From contig RHPI01001116.1 of NCBI GenBank assembly GCA_009103225.1, positions 949,267-1,013,266 on the forward strand: 64,000 nucleotides of DNA, read 5' to 3'. The DNA is from Chlorokybus atmophyticus. Taxonomy: Eukaryota; Plantae; Mesostigma and Chlorokybus algae. The translations under genes were made by a program, and so were the position numbers. The notes below the pieces were generated by a model. It was not told where the DNA came from and searched no databases. It worked only from the letters and a program-made list of their open reading frames with translations. Within the stretch, counting starts at the first letter, position 1. Each line of letters starts with the position of its first letter. Positions 35,101-48,400 of the stretch are shown here, in pieces.

Positions 35101-38100
35101 TCTGAGTTGGGTATCGGGGCAACGGACAACCCGGCAGACTGCTTCAAGGTGGGTCAGGTTGTCAAATGTCGTGTCGTGCGTGCCAACCCGCAAGAAGAGC
35201 GCATCGCGTTGTCCTTCATGACCACGCGCACCACCGACAACAATGGCACAACAACAAACCCACAATCCAGCGCATTGCATGACATTGAGGTGGGGTCGAT
35301 CGTGTCGGGTACGGTGCGTGCGATGAAAGCCGATAGAGACAGGTTGGTTGTCAACGTCCCCGCCGGCGATGTGTTCGTGAAAGGCGTGTTGTTGTTTAGC
35401 CACTTGTCGGACAACAAAGAGCACGCCGAGGCGATGTCGCAGCTGCTTAGAGTGGGCGATGAGTTGCCGAGGCTGCTCGTGGTGCACAAAGATGAGAGCA
35501 AAGGGATGCTACACCTCAGCATGAAACCGCTGCTCATCGCGTCTGCCACAACCATGCCCAAGTCTGTGTCTGACCTCCGCCAACGCGGCATATACCATGT
35601 AAGCCACACGGCATTGCACTTGCGTGCATCGCTGAGACTGATTATTGTTTTGTTCTCAATTTAAAGGGGTTTGCTGCGAGCATCAATTCGCATGGCGTGT
35701 TCGTTCGCTTCCTCAACAATGTCACTGGCCTCGCCACAATCGGCCAGGTACAGCACACACAAGCGCGCGAGTGTGCACACATACACATACATGCCCGTAT
35801 CATTATGCATGTTCTGATTATCAAGTCGGTGTGTGCAGTTGGCGGACACGTTTGTGAGCGACGTGTCGCAGCACTTTAGCGCCGGCCAGACTGTGCGTGC
35901 TCAAGTGTTGGAGGTCGACGAGTCCACGCACAAGTTCCAGCTCAGTCTGAAGCAATCCGCATGCGCTTCATCCGACGCCAGATTAATGGAACACTATTTC
36001 GCCGAAGAGAGGCGCATAGCTGAGCTGAAAGCGCGTGCCGAAGAGGGTGGGGAGGAGGGGTCTTTAGATTGGGAGAGAGAGTTTCATGTTGGGGAGATGA
36101 AAGAAGCCGTCGTGCGTGAGGTGTTGGATTATGGCATTGTGCTGGACTTCCCCACGCACGGCGACCTGGTTGGGTTCGCCGCGCGACACCAGGTGGAGGA
36201 TGATGTTGATGCGGGTGATAAAGTGGTGACGCGCGTGCTGGATGTGAACCTGAGGGAAGGAATTGTTGATGTGAGCTTGAAGAAGAAGCTTGTCACGGCA
36301 GCAGGTAAGCTATGGTCAGAAGCCGTGCTATTACGCGTGTGCGTGCACACATGTGTGCGTCCGCGTGTGCATATGTGCATGTATGTGCGTGCGTGCGTGC
36401 GTGCGTGCGCGTGACGGCGTGTGAGTGAGATGTATCATTCATCGCAGGTGGGAGTAAGAGGAAGGCTAGTGCGAAGCTGCAGGGCATAGTCCAGGGCGTT
36501 GTGGAGTTGGTGAAGGCCGATTACTTGGTGTTGTCTCTGCCAGAGTACGAGCACAAGATCGCTTTCGCCGCCACGAAGGACTACAACCTCCAGCTGGTGG
36601 ACGCGCACACGCGCTTCCACCCCGGCCAACACTTGCAGGCGGCCGTGCACACAATCGGCGATCGTGTCCTCGTGCACATAACGGTGGCGAGCGACAAGCC
36701 TGTGCAGAGCAACAAGTCTCCCGGTGGCCGTCGTGTGAGGAACACCCCTCCCGTGCACTCGCTGGTGGAGTGCAAGGTCACCGCCCTCCACGCCCTCTAC
36801 GCGGACGTCATCGTCGGGTACCACATACGCGGGCGGATACACGTGTCCGAGGCCACGGACGAGCCAGAACCCAACACAAACCCACTCGCATCTTTACTCA
36901 AGTCGGGACAGACCGTCACAGCCAAGGTGCTCGGCCTCGTCGGCAACCCGGCCAGCAACCCCGCCAAGCACGACGCACGCCTGGAACTCACCATCAAAAG
37001 CTCAGAGCTTGCCACCGCTACCATGCCAGCCGTGGACGCGGATGTTAACGTCGACAACAACAATGATGCAGATGCAGATGCAGATGCTGATGCTGATGCT
37101 GATGCAGATGCTGCAGGCAACATCGGCGTGTCGCTTGAAACTATTGCCGTCGGGCAACGCATCTGGGGCTTTGTACAGGTAAAGAGGGGGAGTCCACATC
37201 AGGTGTTGTGTTTCTCAGGTGGTGCTTGTGGAAACTGAGTCTGTGCATGAATGTCAGGAACTGTCGGACAATTGGCTTTGGGTTGTGTTGTCTCCCCACG
37301 TGCGTGGCCGCATGCGTCCTCCCAAGCATGCGTCAAAGACTAGTCTCGATCCCGGATCCGCGCTGAAGTGTCGCGTGACGGGTCGCGACCTCTCCCGTCG
37401 CACGCTGGACTTGACCCTCGCGGACGACGACGACGCCGCCCGCATGGGAGGCACGGCCGCCGCCAGCGACGAGCAGGTGGTGCCCGGAGCCGTGCTCACG
37501 GGACAGGTCACGAAGGTGAACCACGGGGACGGAGTCATCGTGCAGATCAGTCCCAACAGGTTTGGACGAGTGCACGTCACGGATGTAGCGGACAAGTACT
37601 GGAATAGGCCACTCAATGGATGCGCGCCGGGACGCTTCTTCCGTTGCGTCGTGCTGCAGGTGAGTGTGTTGTGGGGTGTGCGTTTATAAGCCTCCGAAAG
37701 TCGTGCTCAATGAGGGTTTGCGTTGCGTCGGGGTACACATATAAGCACACAGATGCATGCGCGCGCTAGAGCAACGCGCGCGCGCATGCACGCATCTGTG
37801 CATAAACGCATGCGCAACGGGTTTAACAAGTCAGCGTGCGCATGCACACAATGACTCGTTGAACCTGTTATTGATGCGGGCGACATCGTGCACTCGATTC
37901 CCATCCTCGTGTTCTTCTCAGGTGGCTGGGGATAATAAGGTGGATTTGTCGTCGAGAGTGTCGTTGGGCGGTTGCGGCGGCGCGATGGCATTGGAGCCTC
38001 ATGACGCAAAGGACGAGGTGGAGCCGACACGGGTTCAGTCGATATCCGACCTGCGTCCTGGGATGAAAGTCCACGGCTTTGTGAAATCCAGCACCGGCGT

Positions 38101-40269
38101 GGGTTGTTTCGTCCACCTGTCGCGCGACATCACCGCCCGCGTGAAGATATCGGAGCTGTCGGACCTCTTTATACCCGACCCCGTATCGGAGTTTCCGCCG
38201 GGCACACTTGTGTGTGGGACAGTCCTTAGTGCCGACACGTTGTCCAACCGCGTGGAGTTGACGCTCAAGTCAAAGTCCACATCACACATGAGTTTGAAGG
38301 ATTTGACTCCCGGGCAGCGTGTGAAGGGTGTCGTGCGAAGGGTCGAGTCGTACGGCGTGTTCATCACCGTGTTGGACACGTCTCTCACGGGACTCTGCCA
38401 CATATCCGAAGCGGGAGACACGTTCATCAAAGACTTGCAGTCCAAGTTCAAGCCTGGCGATAGAGTCGATGCCGTCGTCGTGCAAGTTGATGTGGACGCG
38501 AATAGGCTTTCGTTCTCGATGAAGCCTTCGAAGATGCGTGACGATGAGGATGAGGTGGATGATGAGGACATGGATGATGAGGTGATGCGTGACGAGGGTG
38601 CTGTTGAGCTTGATCTTGAAGAGGATGTTGATGAGGAGGAAGAGGAAGAGGCCGATGCCTTGCATGACGAAGAGGAGGTGGTCGATGCTGACGGTGATGC
38701 TGCTCAGACTGACGAGGTATGCGCCATGCTAATGTGACGTATGTGTTTGTGCGCGGGCGCGTGGCACAAGCTGAGCTATGGATGGTCACAAGCAGGACGA
38801 GGAGGAGGAGGACGAGGAGGATGAAGCTGATGTGCATGGAGCCAAAGGTGCCGATGACGACGATGTTGCACCTTTAGAGGTTGATCTGGAAGACCACGCA
38901 ATTGACGGTAACCGACAAAAAGAAGAAGACGATCACAACGATGCCACTGATGATGATGATGGGGCCGATGCCGCGAAGAAGAAGCGTTCTCGGCGTGTGA
39001 AGCTTCGCGAGCGGGAAGAAAGGGAGGCCGCGATACGTGCGGCCGAACAGGCGCGTCTCGATGGGGCCGCTCCCGCCACGACCGAAGATTACGAGAGGCT
39101 CGTGGCGGCATCGCCCAACTCGTCGTACGTGTGGATCCGCTACATGGCGTTCCTCATCTCACTCACGGAAGTGGACAAGGCTCGCGCCGTGGCTGAGCGC
39201 GCACTCAACACGATACACTACAGGTAGGTGTGAGTGTGCATGTGCATGTGCATGGGCGTGTGCGTGTGTGGCGGTGGAAGGGCACGTATGTGTGTTGTTT
39301 GTTGATGTTGGGTTGTATGAGAGTCGTTATGAAATGGTGTATGAGAGTCTTATTGATATGGTACATGTGTTCATCAGAGAGGAGGAGGAGAAGATGAACG
39401 TTTGGGTCGCGTACCTGAACCTTGAGAACACGTACGGGTCTCCACCAAAGGAGGCCGTGATGAAGCTGTTCCAGAGGGCGACGCAGCAGACCGACCCGAA
39501 GAAGGTCCACCTGGCGCTGATCGGTATCTTCGAACGCACCCAACAACCTGACATGGCCCTGCAGATGCTAACAGCCGCCACAAAGAAGTTCAACACCAGT
39601 GCGAAGGTAAGTGTGTCAAGTTGTTGAACAAACCCGTCATGTGGTATTGCATAGTCACTTGTGGCCTAACAGCAAACTTCCTCAGGTATGGTTGCGTTTG
39701 ATTGCATTTCATCTCAAGCAAGGCGACGGTGATGCTGGGAAGAAGGTGTTGGAGAGGTCACTCGCTTCCCTACCGAAGCGCAAGCACGTGAAGGTCATAT
39801 CCCGTGCGGGTGTGCTGGAGTATAAGCAGGGTTCGCCTGACCGCGCACGTGCCATCTTTGAAGGCATACTGCAAAACTACCCCAAGCGCGTGGACTTGTG
39901 GAGCATCTACCTGGATCAGGTTTGTGTTTGTCCACCAAAGGGTGGGAACCATACAGCACAACAATGCATGTCTTATAAACATGTCTGCTTATGCAGGAGA
40001 TACGGCTGGGAGACCAGCAGCTCATTAGGCTGCTGTTTGAGAGGGCGACAAGCCTGGAGTTGGCACCCAAAAAGATGAAGGTGAGAGGGTTTGGCGTTGT
40101 TGGCACTTTAGTTTGTGTGCTTGCTTGGTGCTCACTACTGCTTTGTGTTTGCCGGCAGTTTTTGTTCAAGCGCTATCTGGAATACGAAAAGGCGCATGGT
40201 GATGCAACCAGCATGGAACTTGTGAAGACGAAAGCAATGGAGTATGTCGAGAGCAAGGTTGCCACGTAA
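32128..40269 (+). CDS. RRP5: rRNA biogenesis protein RRP5 (PDCD11): multiple S1 domains plus C-terminal HAT/TPR repeats; many exons
   Basis: N-terminal EEDFPRG|GASVLTPLE across the first intron, and repeated S1-like segments (GVKALCP, YGCFVSL, YGVFITV). C-terminus has DYERLVAASPNSSYVWIRYMAF, ERALNTIHYR, NVWVAYLNLENTYG, YPKRVDLWSIYLDQ and FLFKRYLEYEK...KAMEYVESK. Confidence 0.96.
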
Positions 40270-40787
40270 CAGGTTGTGTTGTTGGTTGGCGTGCTGTTCA
40301 ATGATATGGTTGACAGCATGTACGAGCTGTATTATGTTGACTGGTTACTGCGGCCATGGGATGGTGTCGGGCGCTTGCTCAGGAAAATTGCATGTTTAAC
40401 AATGCTCAGTTATCAGTTGTGGCCAACAAGTATGGTACACAGCATAACCCTGCTGTCCACTGAGTCGCTAAAGAAGTCGCTTGCTTGAGTTCTACCTTAC
40501 TTAATTGCTGAGGCGACGCTTCAGCACTGGGCTCTGGTTGGGATACGACAAGCAAGAATCACACAGTTACCTGTTGTGTCACTTCTTGTCACCAAAACAC
40601 GTGTTGAACCTCACCATGCACAGCAGTAGTAGTGCTGTTTAAATGGGACACTTGCCAGGCATAGCCTGATTAGCATAAATCAATGACGGCATTTGCTCAA
40701 CCACTGTCAGGCTTCTACCACCAATTATTGCACCACTGCAGCAAAGCTGACAGCACAACAGGAAAAGCGAGTAAAAGTAGCTGCGGG

Positions 40788-43700
40788 CTATTGCAGCATG
40801 TGCACCATCTGACTGTTCACAAGTGCAGCATAAGCACCGCCGCGAATGAGTAGCTCTTGATGAGAGCCGATCTCGGCCACTTTGCCCGCATCCATCACAA
40901 CAATTTGGTCAGCTGACTGCACAGTGGACAGCCGGTGGGCGATGATCACAGTTGTCCTGCCCTTGACAAGCCTGTCCAGCGCTTGCTGCACAAGGCGCTC
41001 GCTGCGCGAGTCCAGTGCACTGGTGGCTTCATCCAAAACAAGAATGGGAGAATCCTGCGCGACACAGCTCGCAGTGAGACACAGTGTTGCTGACAACTTG
41101 TTGTACCAGATGCTCCATGAGTGCAACACAAGCTCACGCAGCATGAGGGTCAAGGTACCTTCAGGAGTGCTCTTGCAATGGCAACGCGTTGCCTCTGACC
41201 GCCACTCAACAGTGAGCCTCGCTCGCCTACGACGGTGTCGTACCCTTGAGGGAGTTTGGTAATGAATTCATGCGCATTGGCGGCTGTTGCTGCTCTTATA
41301 ACATCTTCGCGAGTACATTGTCCCCGGAAAGCGCCGTACGCAATGTTATCTGCAACGCTCATCGCAAACAACACCGGCTCCTGGCTCACGAATGCTACAG
41401 CCTCAGCCCACTCAGCGGAGTCAAATGCCGTGATGTCTATACCGCTTAGCGTGATGCGGCCACCTTGAGTCTGCACGTACAGCATTTTGCACATTTTGTA
41501 CATAGAGCAAGCTGCATTTATAAGCCAGTTGCATGAAGATGCGAAATGCTCATCAACGCCAACTGCACAACCATCCCAACAGGTGTAAAAAGTAACATCC
41601 AGCAACTGAAATTGTGACCTACCTCGTAGAAGCGGGCGATAAGCTGCGCCACAGTGGACTTGCCTGCGCCACTCGCACCAACCAGGGCGGTCACTTTACC
41701 ATTGGGGAATGTTAGGTCATAGCTGTTCAGTGCTGGAGCTGATGGTCGCAAAGGATATGTGAAACGCACAGACTGGAACACCAGGTCGCCCTGCGCAGCA
41801 ACACCATGTAGTTTATTATGCAGCAGGAAATGGCATGACATGCGGCATGCTGTTGGAGTTCTGCGGCAGATGCATACCTGAATAGCCGCTTGACATGCCC
41901 GATTCTGCATGTTTATTCCGCCGCAAAAGAAGCCGACATCTACACATGATCGCTTCTCTTCACCTATGACGCTTTTAGCAAGCAACTTGTTCGTTGCTTG
42001 CACCTGTTGCAACAGCATTAATGAAAAGCTGTGCAACAAGTGCAAGTGATGTACGGCATACATACCTCTAAGCTTGCGCGCTTGAGACCGCGTTTAATCC
42101 CAGTTGCAGTTAGCCCTGAAGTAGTGTCGTTGATGCGCGCAATAGCGAGGGAAGCCCGCCGAGCATCAGAAAACGTAGTAATAAGACCCTGCAATCAGCA
42201 ATGAGTTGTCCGCTGCCAGGTGCTTCACACAATCACACAACCAGATGTTGATTTCATAAGGACCACAATTGCATTGCTGGTTTCGACTTAGTCGAGTGAA
42301 ACATACCATATTCAACATGCATGTAACTTGGCACTCACCTGTACTGCAAATGTGAGCGTAAAGGTGTACCCAATAAACGACACCAGAACTGATACAGGTA
42401 GCTGTCCAGCCTTTACTAGCCTTGAGCCTAGCATGTACAGCGCAAAGATGGACACATAAACTGCGCTCCTGTTGAAGGCCTCCAGTTGTGACTGCACACA
42501 TTGAACCAATGATCAGCTTGTGATGCAACACTGCTTCTGCAACATCTAATCAGAGGTAAAGACCCAAGCAAGATGTACCCGCAGCGGCACACAAGGCTTG
42601 AGAGTGTAGCAAACAACCATACAAATATGTTTTGCAACACCGCACCTTGAGCCTGCCAATCTGCAGCTGAGCTTGATAGAGAGCATTCACACGCTTATCG
42701 TAGCGCTGAAACTCCAGCACTTCGCCTGCATAGGAGCGAATCGTTCTGACCGCAGAGAAGCTCTCCCCGGCCGTCTGCACCAAATCCGAAGCAGCCACCG
42801 ATGCTTGCTTGAACACGCCCAAAACCGACTTGGAGTACACCGCTGCAGACAATTGCTAACATGTCAACACTAGACTGTAAGGGCATAAGAAGGCCTTCTA
42901 TGTCTATACGATAGATGCTGTGCTGCACGAATGCTGGGCAATAACTGTTGCAAATCATAACCAATTGCTATACACCTGCCGCTCCTGCAACAGTGATGAT
43001 GAGGGAAGCCAGGACTGGGGCCAGCTGCGGCGCCAAAGCAAACAGCCAGAATATGACGCCAACACCTTCAAGAAGCGCCCTGAAACCGCGGTCCTTGCCG
43101 AGATTGTCGACCAATACTTCTTTGATTCGCTGCACGTCTTCTGAGAGCAACGCTTGCAACTCCCCCACCTTGTGCCTGTCAAAGAACTCCACCTGAGAGA
43201 ACGATGCTTCCGTTATGTACACTACTGCTGAGACAAGTGAAGATCCGCTGTTGAATGTCTCAACAATGATGCAAGTGCTGAAAGTGATTGCGTTGCAACA
43301 TGCGTGTACCTTTTGTGTTAGTATGGAGCGAAAGACTCTTGAACGAACACCCGCCATGACATGCTCTGCGGCGGACGAAGTGCACCGTACATAAACTAGC
43401 GTGCTCAGTGGCTCACATATGTACAACACTGCTAGCCTCTGTAGCAGAGGAGCAATTGGCGTTGGCCTGACACCAGCCAGTGCCTCAAACAGGCGTCCTG
43501 CATGTATGACAACACTCAACTACACAAGTCGTACAGCAATGCTGTTGCACAGGTTAAATTGCGAACTTGCAGGCCTAAGCATACACTACATTACTTGAAA
43601 CAGCGCAGAGCCGCTGCGCTGTTTCAAGTAATGTAGTGTATGCTTTGCTGCAAGCATGAACTTCATAAATTGTCATCAAGCTGTGCACCTGACGTTATTG

Positions 43701-45327
43701 GCAGGAGAAGTGTGCAAACGGCGCCAACTGCGGCAGCCACCGCTGCTGCTAACAATTTTGGCCACTGATTCCTGCACCAACATGGACCGTGTCATGGACT
43801 AGACTATATGCGACCGGGACAATATTGCAACAGGGAGCCCACCTTGCCAAACACCAAAAGAAGTAACGGGTAAGCTGAGGCGTTTGGCGAAACTCTTCGC
43901 GGCCTTCTGCTTCCACCTGAGGTTGCGAAGGATATGAAGGCAAAAATCAGCGCACTGTCCCCGCCGCCCCCNTCCTCCACCCCCCGCCTCCCTCCCTCCC
44001 CCTTCCAGGAACATGTCTCGGATTTCGATGAATTGCTAGCTCCATAATAGTGCTATGAGCTGTACTGAGCGCGGTTACGTGCGTATGACAAGCTATACCG
44101 ACAGCATGCACAGGCCAAACGGAGCAACAAATCAACCATTGTCCTGTTCCAGGTGCCACCCAGGATTGGTGTGCAGCAATCTGCAGGCTACTCACAGACT
44201 GTACATCCAATATAATGCAGACCACTGCAGCAACTCGCGTGATACCTTGTTGGCAAGCGTGCAGAATGCCTTACTGTGTTACTACAAGTCTACTTCGTGG
44301 CTGCACAGCATCGCGATTCGCAGCCGGTAGCAACGGTGTGAGCGATCTGACCCAGCATGCCATGCCAAGCTGCTCGATGCTGGTGAAGCAAAGCATAGCG
44401 ACAAGAATGCGCTGCCAAACCCGCCATCAGGCACATGCAGATGCACTACTTGACAAAGCATGCTGTGGCAGATGACATTGGTGGCGGCTTGCCTCGTATG
44501 ACATCACACAAGCATACTCTTGCTACAATCATACTCTTACTGCTTTGCATGCATTGTGTACCCCTCCAGTGCACTACAGACTGAGTATACCTCCTGAAGA
44601 AAGTCCAACGAGGGTTGAAATTGTCCATTGCCAAAGTCCAGCAGGTCCGGTCCAGCGGGCGTAGCAGCGCCAGCAACAGCAAACACTGTGCCGGAGTGTT
44701 CCCTTCTCAGCGTTGGTGCCTGCCGACACCTGCTCTTGCGCAACTGGCTTTGGCTGAATTGCAATCTGCAGTACAATTGCACAATTAGCGGCCTGCAGCA
44801 TTGGCCGGTGAGAGAAGAGTGTTAGATAGGCTGAGCAGCACTTACGGGTGAGTGAGACAAGAAGAGGACAGCCGGGAGCTGCGTTGAAGTACTTGAGCCT
44901 GGCGCCGGTTTTGTTGTGATGGGCAGCTAGCAAGCGTTGCACTCACGCAGACTGGCTTCAATGAGACAGACGCCATCTCTCCGCGTGGATAACAGAAGCT
45001 TACGCCTGTCGCTCTAGCACCATTCTGACAGTGCTAAGCAGTGCTAAGCAATCAAAGGTAAACCCTCACACCCAGGCTTCCAAGCAGGCCTTCTTGCTGC
45101 TTGCTTGCTGCAATCGCATGCACCAGACTTGGCTGTCAGGAAAGCCCGATTCTGGCTCCCAGCCGCAGCGCATGCACAGCCTTTCAACAGCACGTCCGCT
45201 GTTGAAGGAACTCTCTGTCTTTGGGACCAGCGCCTCCGCAGAGCTCGCTCACCAGCTCGCCCGCCGCCACGCCCGCCGCCACGCAAAGTAGCGGCACTGG
45301 CTCTGCCAGCTGGCGTGGCAGTGACAT
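40788..45327 (-). CDS. ABCB28: Half-size ABCB transporter, ABCB28 (NAP8)-like, probably plastid-targeted; 5' end tentative
   Basis: TMD: [12 protein letters not shown]...DRGFRA...[21 protein letters not shown] and [17 protein letters not shown]: Walker [40 protein letters not shown] and IIAHRLSTV. The start codon could not be fixed and lies somewhere around 45170-45330. Confidence 0.88.
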
Positions 45328-45492
45328 CAATATTGTGCTTGTTGAAGTTGATGCTCGTGCCAAGTCATCACTGCTGCGGCTATGGTGATATCACTTATAC
45401 CTGCGATATATCGCACAAATTAGGGCTACAAACTTTGACCAAATATCTCAGACTAACCCTGCGGCGGCGTTGCCGCCCGCGTTGGGCGCCGC

Positions 45493-48400
45493 ATGGGCGG
45501 CATGGCTCGCATGGGGAGGGCGCTGTCTGAGGATGACGAGGAAGAGGAGATGGATGACCAGGAGGACGATGAGCAGTATGAGAAGGAGATGTTGTTAGGA
45601 GAGGGTGACGAGCAGGATGAGGAGTTGGAGGACATGCAGGAGCATGAACAGGACGAGCAAGAGGGGGAGGAGGAGGAGGAGGAGGAGGAGGAGGACGAGG
45701 ACGAGGGTGAGGATGAGGAGGATGTTGATGCAAACAAAAATAAGCATGACAATGCAGACAAAGAGGCTGGTGTGCCTGCTGTCAGCTCTTCGGCGTACGT
45801 CGACGCCGGCATACGCGCCAGGCTTGTAACGGCTGAGGCTACGGCACCGCTGTTCTCTTTGGGGTTGCCAGCAGCAGTCACTGCCCCTGCTTTGGCGTAT
45901 GATGCCGAGAAGGATAGCGCCCAGCCTGAATTTGGAAAAATTCCTCAAACAAAGCAGGTCCTTGTGCTAGGACAGGCAAGCGAAACACTGCGACAAGTGC
46001 TGCAAGACTTGGACTCGGGCGACACAGACACCATTATGTCAGGTGCTGAAAGGAATTGAGTGCGCTGTGCCAATGCATTCACATTCACACAAGTTTGAGA
46101 TGCTTGATATATTGTTTGCATAATTTAGTTTGAACAGATCAAGCATGCACACTAGCACATGCACCCGGCTTGTGCTTGTGCTAATGCATGATTACGTGCT
46201 GCATGCATTGACGCATGCAGGCAGTCTCCTGCTCGGGCGAGAGGTTGATTTAGACTGCTTGCAGTGGACAACTGTTTGGCATGTAGCTACTTGCATTTGA
46301 GTGCATGCCTTGTGGTGTATGTTAGCTGTGGCTCTTCTGGTTTATTCAGCCGCATACAACATGCTGTGTCCGAGCAGGTCTCGCGGCGTTCCGCAACAGC
46401 ATTTTGTCCGATGAGACCTCCGCCATCTTGCAGGAGTACTTGTCGTTGTCACCAGATTGCGCTGAGCTTGACACTCTCTGGGACGCGCTTCACGCGGTAT
46501 GTTCTGTTGGCTTCCACTGCCGCGTGACACGCTTATCAATGTATGGTACAGGCTGTCATACACCAACCTTTCATGCAGGCGAGCATTCACAGAGCAACTG
46601 TCCCGCTATACCTGCTGATCGCCAGCATGTGCAACTGGAAAGTTGATGCAAAGGGAAGCTCCCAGTTGTTGGCTGCAGGTCTGCAGATTGACACCTTTGC
46701 ACGCAAGGTAAACACTAGCACCGTGTATTAAACCGGCTTTCTTTAATAAAACCTCATGGGCGGGGGAGTGCAGTCTGGTTTCAACCGCCTTCAGGATTAC
46801 TCTACATTTTCAGCTGCCCTCAGTGCTTAACAAGTTGGCATCATGTTTGCTTTTCAACCCCTGCTAGGATCAGTCCTAGCACGCATGCCATTGTATCAAG
46901 GACAATCAACACAGCTTTTTGGCGAGCCTGTGCGTTGTTACTCCATGTGCTGCAACTCTCTTGACGTTTGCAGATACTGCGACGCCACATGAAGCAACTG
47001 TACAGCCATCTGTCCAGCAACCAGCGGCCTCGCGTAAACTCGGCACTTGCACTTCTTGTGGCATTTGTGTCGCGGAACCGTACGGTACGTCTACCTCCTG
47101 CATGCATGCATTGTTCAGTGTGAAGGCAACATTACGCATGCATGCATTGTTCCGTGTCGGCAACACCATGTACAGCCATTGTCCAGTAGTGCACACACAG
47201 TTCTACAATTCAGGCCTGACAGCATGTTGTTCAACACAGCTTGCAAGAGAGGTTGCGGCATCTTTCAACTTCACCCTCTCAGCCATTACGCGAATAGCTG
47301 CGCCCCCTTCCAAGCAGGCCGCTAGCAGTGCAAACCCTGAGGACCCACTGCGATTGTCAACACGTGCCATGCTGTGGAAGCTTGGTACGACTCTGTGCTG
47401 TGCTCTCACTGCGGATCGGGTCAGTGCAGTGTTGGTTGGGCAAGTACCAACTTGTGTGTCCACCCTTTCAACACTGACCCAAAGCAAAAACAAACTGTGG
47501 CTAGACACCATGCTGCTATTTTGGCTGCATGGTCACTGCCACAGCCACATTGCCATGTGTAATGCTGGCACCAGGCTTGAGCAGGTTCTCAGTGTTGTCT
47601 TTTGCAGGTTTGTGTTTATTACGAAGCGGGGACGCAGTTCTCACCAGGAGCATGTTGAATAAGCGAACACTGTATGGACCTCTCATCCACCGCATATCAA
47701 GCGACTCGGATAAGTCAGTACTTGATGTGCTGCACACCTTGGAACGGCATGTGCTATCGGCCGGTGCTGCTGTTCCGGCCAGGCTTCAAGCCATATTCTT
47801 TGATGACACCTTTGTGGAGCAACTTGCTCAAGTGACGGCCGCTGAGGGTGTTGAGTCAGATGTGTCTAGTGCGGCACTAGATTTGCTCTCCCGGCTGCTC
47901 ACATCTCCCATGCATGGAATCTGTCCCACGCAAGATGCTGCACTTGAACCTGAACAGCAGCTCAAAACCAAGGCTACGAAAGGCAGCCGCCACACTCGCT
48001 TGCTGGTCAAGCTCAAAGCCACAGAAGTTAAGCAGCATGCTGGCATTGTGCTGAAAGCTGCAGCGGTGCATCCCGCAATAGCCAGGGCGTATTTGGAGGC
48101 ACTGCCTTACTCTCTGGAGCCCCGAGCGTCCATGCGGTGGTAAGTGTCATACAAAGTGTCATGACTGGCTGTTTGTGCCATTGCTGCTATCCAGCAAGTT
48201 GAGGTGTATGAAGCGTCGTTGTTGCACAACTAGGTTTGCAGCCATGTCTTTGGTCGGTAAAGTCTTGCAGCTGGCGCACGAGGCGCCTGACTTCCGTCGC
48301 CTCGCGCAACAGGGGACTGCCCCGCCTCCCCTGGGAAGTACGGAAGTCCGTGGATTGCTTCGGAAATTGTCACCACCATGCCTGCCGAAAGCGCTCTTAA

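Noticed and set aside
37070-37115. (GATGCA/GATGCT)n repeat encoding DADADA in RRP5
   Set aside because: An in-frame low-complexity linker between S1 domains; ordinary coding microsatellite.
45415-45462. Telo-box-like words (aattagggc, ctaaccct) upstream of URB1
   Set aside because: Neither is an exact AAACCCTA match, and such short partial matches are expected by chance.
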